Positions 25,863 through 32,448 of a DNA stretch of 32,448 bases are shown piece by piece. The stretch lies in contig CAZFJD010000002.1 of NCBI GenBank assembly GCA_964518775.1, forward strand, positions 1 to 32,448, read 5' to 3'. Under the pieces are notes generated by a model. That model searched no databases and was not told the DNA's origin. It was given only the letters and a program-made list of their open reading frames with translations. Origin of the DNA: an uncultured Syntrophaceae bacterium. GTDB taxonomy: Bacteria > Desulfobacterota > BSN033 > UBA1163. Made by a program: the position numbers and the translations under genes. Numbering within the stretch: the stretch's first letter is position 1; each line of letters starts with the position of its first letter.

Positions 25863-26741
25863 ATGGATAAACTGATCATCACGGTAACCGTTGATTCCAG
25901 CATGTCGTATCCGGGGAATCCCTATTGTCCTCCCACTGAGAATATTGATGCTGTGGCAGCCGAGTACATCCGTGCCGTCAATGCCGGAGCAAGCATTACC
26001 CACATTCACGGAGTCCACACGTTGGAGAGAGAAATTCAGGCGGACGGCCGCCGATTGTCGAAGACCAATTTTGAAGGCTGGAAGGCATTGCAAGAGAAGA
26101 TTAAGGCCGGGTGCGATCCGATCATACAGTTTGGCATTGCCAGTGCCCGATTTGAGGAGAAGGTTCGCCTCATGGACTTGAAACCCTGCATGATGTCCAT
26201 TGCCTTCAATGCTCATGATGAGTTCTTTCAGCCTGACCCTGCCTACTCCGCCAATGAGATGTACGCCTCTCATCCAAGAGATGAACTGGAAGGATATTGC
26301 CGAGCAGCGATGGAAAAAGGAGTGAAGGTTGAGGTTGAGTCGTTCCACACCGGCGCTTTTTGGAATATGGAATTCATCGCTAGGAAGGGACTTCTTCAAG
26401 AGCCGATCTGGACAACCTTGTTCCTGGGTTGGCCGGGTGGATGCTGGACACCTCCTACTCCGAAGGCCCTTGTCTATCTGGTTGATCATCTACCCAAAGC
26501 TCTCAAGATCAATTGGAATGTGAGCGTTATGGATCCCCCCACTCAATGGAAAATCCTGACACTCGCCATCACATTGGGTGGACACGTGCGGGTAGGATGG
26601 GAAGATAACCCCTATCTTGAAGGGAGTACCATCCCCAAGACAAACGCCTTGTTAGTGGAAAAAATCGTACGAATTGCGCGAGAACTTGGACGAGAGATTG
26701 CAACTCCGGTTGAAGCTCGTAAGATCATCGGGATCCCGTGA
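25863..26741 (+). CDS. BKACE-family (DUF849, 3-keto-5-aminohexanoate cleavage enzyme-like) protein
   Basis: 292 aa. The N-terminus LIITVTV... and the Zn-site context ASITHIHGVH are typical of the family, as is the C-terminal GGHVRVGWEDN. Confidence 0.85.
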   Translation: MDKLIITVTVDSSMSYPGNPYCPPTENIDAVAAEYIRAVNAGASITHIHGVHTLEREIQADGRRLSKTNFEGWKALQEKIKAGCDPIIQFGIASARFEEKVRLMDLKPCMMSIAFNAHDEFFQPDPAYSANEMYASHPRDELEGYCRAAMEKGVKVEVESFHTGAFWNMEFIARKGLLQEPIWTTLFLGWPGGCWTPPTPKALVYLVDHLPKALKINWNVSVMDPPTQWKILTLAITLGGHVRVGWEDNPYLEGSTIPKTNALLVEKIVRIARELGREIATPVEARKIIGIP

Positions 26742-26749
26742 TGAAGTTA

Positions 26750-26855
26750 ACCCTTCGGCTTTCTCCGGCCTGAAGGCCGGAGCTTGCTCAGGGTTGACCC
26801 TGAGTGCGCCTTTATCCCTGCTCTAAAGGGTAGGGCTTGGGCGCAATCGAAGGGT
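26750..26855 (+). other. Structured intergenic element: closing stem plus three internal hairpins (four-way junction)
   Basis: P1 is ACCCTTCG (26750-26757) paired with CGAAGGGT (26848-26855). H1 is CTCCGGCC-tgaa-GGCCGGAG (26763-26782). H2 is CTCAGGG-ttga-CCCTGAG (26787-26804). H3 is GCGCC...GGCGC (26806-26844) with an internal upper stem and a 7-nt loop. Confidence 0.6.
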
Positions 26856-26891
26856 CAATCAGATCTTCACTGAGAAAGGAGGTTTAAGCCA

Positions 26892-27308
26892 ATGCTCACT
26901 CGACTCTGGACAGCAGGCATTAAAGTGTCAAACCTAGACAAGGAGTTGGAATTTCATAGACGCCTTGGAAATGAAATTGTTTTGGATGAATATATCCAGT
27001 TGGGTGGAGAATCCTTCCGTTTGCCATTGGTCAAGATGGGCGATAAGTATATCCATCTCATGGAAACGACGGTCTACGAACGTCAATTAGGCGAATCCCT
27101 GCCCTATGGCATCTGTCACCTTGTTTATGTCACCAGTAGCTTTGACGAAGATGTAGCCAAAGCCCTATCCGCCGGCGCGAAACAGATAGGAGAGACGGCC
27201 GTGCTGAAAGCGGGGTTCGGCGAACGTAAACTTGCTTTCTTTAGAGCTCCTGGAGGCTGGAACTTCGAAATTATCGAGATCATTCGCAACTTTGTTCCTG
27301 AAGTTTAA
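26892..27308 (+). CDS. VOC-superfamily (glyoxalase/bleomycin-resistance/dioxygenase fold) protein
   Basis: 138 aa. The size and the beta-alpha-beta-beta-beta-type pattern fit the family (HLVYVT, FFRAPGGWNFEIIE). RBS GAAAGGAGG lies upstream. Confidence 0.7.
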   Translation: MLTRLWTAGIKVSNLDKELEFHRRLGNEIVLDEYIQLGGESFRLPLVKMGDKYIHLMETTVYERQLGESLPYGICHLVYVTSSFDEDVAKALSAGAKQIGETAVLKAGFGERKLAFFRAPGGWNFEIIEIIRNFVPEV

Positions 27309-27356
27309 TCCATGGAGACCCCTACATCGGGCGATGCGTTTTAAGGGAGGTTTTGG

Positions 27357-28382
27357 ATGAAGGTTCTGGTCCTTCGAGAATATAATCGAGACATGTCTTT
27401 GGAAACCGTTGAAGACCCTTCCCCTGGCCCCATGGATATCCTACTCCGTGTCAAGGCATGTGGGATCTGTGGGACTGACCTGAAAATTATCTCCGGAAAA
27501 ATTCCCCCTCCGATAGTGACATTACCCCATACCCCCGGACACGAGATAGCGGGCGAGGTCGTGGGAGTTGGTTCTGCGGTGACCGATGTGAAGATCGGTC
27601 AAAAGGGAATTGCCTATTTTTACGTCGGATGCAAAGATTGCGAGATGTGCAGGACGGGAAGAGAGAACGTCTGCTTCTCAATCAGACGGCTTGGCTTTGA
27701 ATTGCCTGGAGGATTTGCTGAATTCGTCAAGATGCCGGCCTACAACTTTTGTCCCTTTGACCAAGACATACCTTTCTATCAAATGGCGGTATTGCCTGAT
27801 GCCGTGGCCACTTCTTATCACGCCTTAAAGACGATGGCGGATGTGAAAGTCGGACAAGATGTTTTAATCATGGGGATAGGGGGACTTGGAATTCATGCTG
27901 TTCAAATTGCAAAACTCGTGGGGGCAAGAGTCATCGCTGTAGCCAGGAGGAGTGATCCATTGAAGATGGCTTCCAAATTGGGTGCGGATTTCACCATTGA
28001 TTCCACCAAACCAGATGCACAGAAGAGGATTCTGGAAATTACGGGAGGGAAAGGGGTGGAGGCGATTATTGAGAACGTCGGAACTGCTCAATCGTTGCAG
28101 TGGTGCCTCCCGTGCCTCAAGAGGAGAGGACGCCTTGTCCTAGTGGGATACGATCCAACGAACCCGTGCACCTTCAATGCCATGGAAATGCATTATAACG
28201 AATGGATCATTTGTGGGTCGAGGGTTTCCACCAAACAAGAACTTCTGGAAGTCATCGATCTGGTGCAGAGAGGGAAGATCAAACCCGTGGTCTCCATACA
28301 GATGCCCTGGGTTGAGGCGAATGAAGCCATCGAGGAACTCAAGAGTAGAAAAGAAATTGGAAGGACAGTATTGACCTTCTGA
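27357..28382 (+). CDS. Zn-dependent medium-chain alcohol/polyol dehydrogenase
   Basis: 341 aa. It carries CGICGTDLK, GHEIAG, the structural Zn cluster CKDCEMCRTGRENVC and the Rossmann motif IMGIGGLG. RBS AAGGGAGG lies upstream. Confidence 0.9.
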   Translation: MKVLVLREYNRDMSLETVEDPSPGPMDILLRVKACGICGTDLKIISGKIPPPIVTLPHTPGHEIAGEVVGVGSAVTDVKIGQKGIAYFYVGCKDCEMCRTGRENVCFSIRRLGFELPGGFAEFVKMPAYNFCPFDQDIPFYQMAVLPDAVATSYHALKTMADVKVGQDVLIMGIGGLGIHAVQIAKLVGARVIAVARRSDPLKMASKLGADFTIDSTKPDAQKRILEITGGKGVEAIIENVGTAQSLQWCLPCLKRRGRLVLVGYDPTNPCTFNAMEMHYNEWIICGSRVSTKQELLEVIDLVQRGKIKPVVSIQMPWVEANEAIEELKSRKEIGRTVLTF

Positions 28383-28496
28383 TTTCTTAATGGAGAATTG
28401 GTTGTAACTTCCAATCTTGCCCTGGTTCGATTATTGTCATCCTAAACTTGGTTCAGTATCTGGATCTATCGATTCTGGGATAGCGAGAATCACGAG

Positions 28497-28517
28497 ATGC
28501 TGAAATAAATTCAGCAT
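28497..28517 (+). terminator. Hairpin followed by a T-rich tract (terminator/attenuator-like)
   Basis: ATGCTGAA-ataaa-TTCAGCAT is a perfect 8-bp stem, followed by GACTTTTTCTTTCC. It overlaps the first in-frame ATG (28516) of the next ORF. Confidence 0.4.
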
Positions 28518-28542
28518 GACTTTTTCTTTCCAATGGCCATTG

Positions 28543-29775
28543 ATGAAGAAGACAGTCTTATTGATCGCGACCTTTGATACCAAGGAAGAAGAAGCCCTAT
28601 TCTTAAAAAGAAGGATTGAAGCTCGAGGGATTCGTGTCCTGACCATGGACACAGGGATCCTCGCTCCGCCTCGTGTGGGCGTTGATATCGATCAACAGCA
28701 AGTGGCCCATCGGGGAGGGATTCCTCTGAAGGAGGTCGTGGCCACGGGTGACAAAGGAAAATGCATTTCGAACATGATCCGAGGGGCTGAGGCCACCTCC
28801 AGAAGGCTTTATGATGAAGGTCGCTTCGAGGGGGTCATTGCGATTGGAGGTGCCCAGGGGACAGAGATCGCCTGTACAGCCATGCGGGCATTGCCGATGG
28901 GAGTCCCGAAATTGGTCGTTTCCACCGTCGCCTCGGGCCGGGCCACCTTTGGTCCCTATGTGGGGACGAAAGACATCACCTTGATGCACTCGATAGCAGA
29001 TATGCAGGGTTTAAATTTCTTGATCAAAAGGATCTTGGAAAATGCAGCTGGTGCTATTTGTGGGATGGTGGAGAATGTTGAAGGTCGATGGATGAAAGCC
29101 GAAGGGATTCCAGTTGCCATGTCCATGTTGGGTACGACCACACCGGGGGCTCTGCGCTGTAAAAGGATTCTGGAGCGCCAGAGTTTTGAGGTTGTGACCT
29201 TCCACCAGAATGGAACCGGTGGGATTGCCATGGAGGATATGATTCGGGAAGGGGCTTTTAAAGGAGTATTGGACCTTAACCTCCACGAGATTGGAGATCG
29301 TTTTGTGGGTGGGCTCCATGGGGCGATAAGAGAAGATCGCCTGACCGCTGCTGGGGATCTTGGCATTCCTCAAGTGGTGGCTCCGGGAAGCATTAACTAT
29401 GTGGTGTTGGGACCTCTTGAAAATCTCTCTCCTGAATGGAGATCTAGAAAGTTCATCGTCCATAATCCAAACCTAACGCTTGTCCGCCTGAATTCGCAAG
29501 AGCTTCGTGAGGTCGGAAGATTGGTAGCAGAAAGATTAAACCATGCAAAAGGACCAACCCATTTATTTATTCCTTTGAAAGGATTTTCTTATCCGGACAG
29601 AGAAGGCTTTCCCCACTGGGAACCAGAGGGAAACCAGGCGTTTATCGATTCCTTAAAGGCCGATCTAAAACCGTCCGTACTCATAACGGAATTGGATGCC
29701 CACATCAACGATCCCGAATTTATCGACCCCGTTACAGAGGCTTTCATATCGATGATGAAAGATTACATGAAGTAA
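28543..29775 (+). CDS. UPF0261 / Tm-1-like ATP-binding domain protein
   Basis: MKKTVLLIATFDTKEEEALFL... is the family-typical N-terminus, with later GIAIGGAQGT and MLGTTTPG. The longest ORF starts at ATG 28516, 9 codons further upstream. Confidence 0.8.
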   Translation: MKKTVLLIATFDTKEEEALFLKRRIEARGIRVLTMDTGILAPPRVGVDIDQQQVAHRGGIPLKEVVATGDKGKCISNMIRGAEATSRRLYDEGRFEGVIAIGGAQGTEIACTAMRALPMGVPKLVVSTVASGRATFGPYVGTKDITLMHSIADMQGLNFLIKRILENAAGAICGMVENVEGRWMKAEGIPVAMSMLGTTTPGALRCKRILERQSFEVVTFHQNGTGGIAMEDMIREGAFKGVLDLNLHEIGDRFVGGLHGAIREDRLTAAGDLGIPQVVAPGSINYVVLGPLENLSPEWRSRKFIVHNPNLTLVRLNSQELREVGRLVAERLNHAKGPTHLFIPLKGFSYPDREGFPHWEPEGNQAFIDSLKADLKPSVLITELDAHINDPEFIDPVTEAFISMMKDYMK

Positions 29776-29793
29776 TGTTTGAAGGTGCCCATC

Positions 29794-29830
29794 CCCTTTA
29801 CCCTCCCCCTTGATGGGGGAGGGTAAAGGG
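29794..29830 (+). terminator. 16-bp perfect GC-rich hairpin immediately after the UPF0261 stop codon
   Basis: CCCTTTACCCTCCCCC-ttgat-GGGGGAGGGTAAAGGG. No U-tract follows, so it may be a terminator, an RNA stabiliser or a REP-like element. Confidence 0.55.
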
Positions 29831-29886
29831 TGGGGGTGAAGAGAATAGTCGCCTCATACTCACAAAAGAAGATAAAGGAGTCCCGC

Positions 29887-30660
29887 ATGTGTAAACGTCT
29901 CTCAGATCGAAATGTCATTGTCACGGGTGCGGCCCGCGGAATGGGGTTTACGATTGCAAAAGCACTCTTTCAAGAAGGAGCAAGGGTGGCCATCGTCGAT
30001 ATCGATGAGAAAGGCGCGATGGAGGCTGCCCAAAAATTGGATGGAGGACATGGCCGGGCAATTGGGAAAAGAGTGGATGTGACAGAAAAATTCGAGGTCA
30101 AAAATCTGATCAAAGAGGTGAAAGGGAAATGGGGCACGGTTGATATATTGGTCAATAACGCAGGAGGAGCGCTAAATACTCCTTATATTCTTGAAGAGAT
30201 TGAAGAGAAGGACTGGAACCTTGTCGTAGATGTCAACCTGAAGGGGACCTTTCTTTGCTGCCAAGCAGTCATTCCGGAGATGGTGAAACAAGGAGGCGGA
30301 ATCATTGTGAACATTTCTGCCTTGGCAGGACATTGGAGGGCTTCCTTGGCAGGGGTTCAATATACAGCAGCCAAGGCAGGAGTGGAGGGGTTGACCCGAC
30401 AGCTTGCCTACGACTGGGGAAAGTCAGGGATTCGGGTCAATGCTGTCGCGCCCACTGTGACCTTGACTGGGGAGAGGGTTCAATCTCTGTGGGAGGCAAA
30501 GAGTGAGGAGGAGAAGAAAAAAGTCCTCTCCGATATTCCACTTCGTAGGCTTGGGACCCCAGAGGAAGTAGCTTCCGTGGTGGTGTTCTTAGCTTCTGAT
30601 GAATCGAGTTATATTACAGGCATCACCATCGACGTAAGTGGTGGCCGCTATCTGCGATGA
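29887..30660 (+). CDS. Short-chain dehydrogenase/reductase (classical SDR, FabG-like)
   Basis: TGAARGMG cofactor motif, NNAG, and the catalytic YTAAK. ATG 29887 has AAGGAG 6 nt upstream. The GTG-extended ORF from 29830 starts inside the hairpin and is unlikely. Confidence 0.9.
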   Translation: MCKRLSDRNVIVTGAARGMGFTIAKALFQEGARVAIVDIDEKGAMEAAQKLDGGHGRAIGKRVDVTEKFEVKNLIKEVKGKWGTVDILVNNAGGALNTPYILEEIEEKDWNLVVDVNLKGTFLCCQAVIPEMVKQGGGIIVNISALAGHWRASLAGVQYTAAKAGVEGLTRQLAYDWGKSGIRVNAVAPTVTLTGERVQSLWEAKSEEEKKKVLSDIPLRRLGTPEEVASVVVFLASDESSYITGITIDVSGGRYLR

Positions 30661-31670
30661 AGATGGCATCAAAGCGTATCTTACTGCCGCAGCCTATTGA
30701 AGCTGAGGCAATGGAGCTCATAAAAAAATCTGGATGTGAAATTGTTCTTTGTCCAGATCCAAAGCCTGAGACTGTTCTTCCTCTGATGAAAGGGGTACAG
30801 GGAATCGTTCTCAGGACAGGGATAAGAATGACTCGGGAATTGATGGGCCATGCCGATGACCTCTGGGTCATCTCCAGAACAGGCGCTGGAGTGGATAATG
30901 TAGATGTGAAAGCAGCCACTGAAATGGGAATACTCGTGACCTGTGTGCCTGGGGCCAATACCCAGACAGTGGTTGAGCACACATTGGCTTTGGTCTTAGC
31001 TCTGGTGAAACAGGTTCCGTTCATGGACCGGGAGGTGCGTCGCGATAACTTCGGGATACGTTTTAAGAACATTCCTCGCGATCTGAATGGAAAGACCTTA
31101 GGGATCGTTGGACTCGGTAGAATCGGTTCTGAGCTCGCCAGGGTTTGTCATCAAGGCCTTGGAATGTCCATCCTTGCCCATGATCCATATTTGTCTCCTG
31201 AGGCCAAGGCTCCATTTAAAGGATGGGTCGAGTTTTGTGATCCTGAAAGGCTTTTTCGAGAATCGGATGTGATCTCCCTCCACATTCCCTATTCTCCTGA
31301 GACTGAGAAATTGATCAGCGGCCAACAACTTGGTTGGATGAAGCCGGATGCCTTTCTGGTCAATACCTCGAGGGGAGGAGTGATCGATGAAGAGGCCCTA
31401 ATCCAATTCCTTCGGGAGAAGAGAATTGCGGGCGCTGGCCTCGATGTCTTTACTCAGGAGCCCTTGGAAGAAGACAGCCCTCTTAAAGGGTTGGATAACG
31501 TGATTCTCACGCCCCATACCGCTGCTCTAACGAAAGAGTGCGTGACGCGACTGGCTGTAGAGGCGGCCCGCTCTGCGATCGATGTCCTCAACAGGAAGAA
31601 GCCCTCTGAAGGTATTGTGAACCCCGAAGTTTTGGCCCGGCCCCGTTGGCAAGGATTTCCATCCACTTGA
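30657..31670 (+). CDS. D-isomer-specific 2-hydroxyacid dehydrogenase family (PGDH / glyoxylate-hydroxypyruvate reductase-like)
   Basis: 337 aa. It carries the NAD motif GIVGLGRIGSELA, then NTSRGGVIDE and the catalytic-His context LTPHTAALT. The ATGA overlap with the SDR stop indicates coupling. Confidence 0.9.
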   Translation: MKMASKRILLPQPIEAEAMELIKKSGCEIVLCPDPKPETVLPLMKGVQGIVLRTGIRMTRELMGHADDLWVISRTGAGVDNVDVKAATEMGILVTCVPGANTQTVVEHTLALVLALVKQVPFMDREVRRDNFGIRFKNIPRDLNGKTLGIVGLGRIGSELARVCHQGLGMSILAHDPYLSPEAKAPFKGWVEFCDPERLFRESDVISLHIPYSPETEKLISGQQLGWMKPDAFLVNTSRGGVIDEEALIQFLREKRIAGAGLDVFTQEPLEEDSPLKGLDNVILTPHTAALTKECVTRLAVEAARSAIDVLNRKKPSEGIVNPEVLARPRWQGFPST

Positions 31671-31733
31671 TCCCTCTTTCTTCCTTCACTTTAGAAATTT
31701 TAGCTTTGCCCGAAAAGTTTTAGAAATTCGGAG

Positions 31734-31772
31734 GGGATAATATCTTTATCCCTTGATATCCTTTTGAGGATA
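31734..31772 (+). other. Two tandem small hairpins downstream of the dehydrogenase gene
   Basis: GGGATAA-tatct-TTATCCC (31734-31752) and TATCCT-tttg-AGGATA (31757-31772). Neither is followed by a clean U-tract. Confidence 0.4.
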
Positions 31773-32006
31773 AGACATGCTTTCTATCCCTGGAAATAAG
31801 GTATTGACCCCTCCCTCCAATAACACATTCTAAAATCTGGTTATCGTCATCCTTTTTCCCTTAGTGCCGTCTACCAGCACTTATTCTGGAAGAACTGACC
31901 CTTTTTTTCTGCTTATAGGATGACTTTGCCTCTTGACAAGGAGAGACCTTATAAGTGTTAGGCGATTCCTTTGCCTATCTGTTCTCGTCAGCGCGGAAAG
32001 ATCGTG

Positions 32007-32237
32007 TTAGGCTGCCTTCTTCCTATATGGCTTGGCCAGTGCCGGAGACTTCTCTTCAATTCTATGCATTGCTTCTCTGTCATATACTCTCTCGCCACAA
32101 TCCGGACACTCGTAGAAGGACAAGGAAGGCACAGAGTATTTTTTACCCTGGTACTCCCCCTTCCAGTCTTTTTTCACCTTCTTGATCTCGCCACTCCCGC
32201 ATGTCGGACACGTCTTGATTCTCAGCTGAGTTTTCAT
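32007..32237 (-). CDS. YgiT/MqsA-type zinc-ribbon domain protein (zinc-finger only, no HTH domain)
   Basis: 76 aa. CPTCGSGE...(29 residues)...CPDCGERVYD is the YgiT-type (TIGR03831-like) zinc-finger pattern. RBS GTGAGG lies 5 nt upstream. Confidence 0.75.
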   Translation of the reverse strand: MKTQLRIKTCPTCGSGEIKKVKKDWKGEYQGKKYSVPSLSFYECPDCGERVYDREAMHRIEEKSPALAKPYRKKAA

Positions 32238-32320
32238 AAGACCTCACATTCCCCTTTTGGAAGAAATTAGGAAGTCGTATACATCTTCTGTGGCGATGAT
32301 TCCCTTGACCAATTTCAGTA

Positions 32321-32448
32321 TTAATCAAATGGGTTATATCCTGGTTTCTTGTACAGTTTTTGCTGGTTATCAATGATGTCCGGTCTATAGACCTTCTCTG
32401 CCCAATCCTCTGGTTTGATTTCCTCGAAAGCTACTGAAACTGATTTTT
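32321..32448 (-). CDS. 3' end of an unidentified ORF that runs off the window
   Basis: An open frame from the window edge reads ...[37 protein letters not shown] and stops at TAA (32321-32323), 83 nt upstream of the zinc-ribbon gene on the same strand. I recognise no family. Confidence 0.3.
   Translation of the reverse strand, partial: KSVSVAFEEIKPEDWAEKVYRPDIIDNQQKLYKKPGYNPFD

Noticed and set aside
25839-26489. 216-aa minus-strand ORF opposite the BKACE gene
   Set aside because: It is an antisense shadow. The plus-strand frame carries the BKACE Zn-site and C-terminal motifs.
26750-26855. Cloverleaf-like element as a tRNA or tmRNA gene
   Set aside because: It is about 106 nt long. Two arms have 4-nt loops where a tRNA has 7-8-nt D and T loops. 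It has no T-loop GTTCRANNC or D-loop GG signature, the 7-nt loop lacks U33, and there is no CCA-adjacent acceptor geometry.
28956-29463. 136-aa and 150-aa minus-strand ORFs inside the UPF0261 gene
   Set aside because: These are antisense shadows in a GC-richer gene, with no motifs.
29830-29886. GTG-initiated 19-codon extension of the SDR gene
   Set aside because: The start would lie inside the 3' arm of the 16-bp hairpin. ATG 29887 has a well-spaced AAGGAG and gives a normal SDR N-terminus ahead of TGAARGMG.
30623-31072. 149-aa minus-strand ORF opposite the 2-hydroxyacid dehydrogenase gene
   Set aside because: It is an antisense shadow with no motifs.
31955-32373. Plus-strand ORFs 31955-32185 and 31971-32270, and minus-strand ORF 32143-32373, overlapping the zinc-ribbon gene
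   Set aside because: All of them overlap the 76-aa YgiT-type ORF, which alone shows a recognisable domain and an RBS. The others are low-complexity with no motifs.

Overview
This is a 32.4-kb, densely coding bacterial chromosomal segment. By eye the GC content is moderate and visibly uneven; I did not compute it. I make no taxon call.

Layout:
- **Left edge:** a complete single-ORF insertion sequence (7-1317) with imperfect terminal inverted repeats.
- **1.8-6.1 kb:** a minus-strand FmdB-type zinc-ribbon gene plus an MFS transporter, a crotonase-family enzyme and a membrane-fused spermidine-synthase-like protein.
- **6.1-19 kb:** a decayed GntR remnant, then a TctB-TctA-TctC tripartite (TTT) transporter. 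After it come two tandem M24 (creatinase/prolidase-fold) hydrolases, an Asp/Glu/hydantoin-racemase-family protein, an M20 amidohydrolase and a TIGR04076-like small protein. A 0.9-kb gene-poor gap follows, then a mirrored block: DHDPS-family aldolase, creatininase-family, GntR/FadR regulator, creatininase-family, HpcH/HpaI aldolase.
- **19-31.7 kb:** a redox-heavy carbohydrate-type module. It holds three Zn-dependent MDR dehydrogenases and a CUT2-type sugar ABC transporter (SBP, double-ABC ATPase, permease). It also holds a BKACE (DUF849) enzyme, a VOC/glyoxalase protein, a stand-alone UPF0261 (Tm-1-like) protein, an SDR and a D-2-hydroxyacid dehydrogenase.
- **Right edge:** a zinc-ribbon-only YgiT/MqsA-type ORF and a truncated upstream ORF.

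I found no rRNA, tRNA, CRISPR array or recognisable defence system.

The observations most worth follow-up:
- The unassigned cyclic-amide-type catabolic island.
- The mirrored aldolase/creatininase architecture around the GntR gene.
- A roughly 106-nt four-way-junction structured element at 26750-26855.
- Heptamer repeat arrays upstream of the GntR gene, which share exact 10-11-mers with a distant intergenic region.
- A 14-bp hairpin that encloses the only short-form start codon of the ABC ATPase.

All functional calls rest on motif and family recognition by eye. No database search was run.
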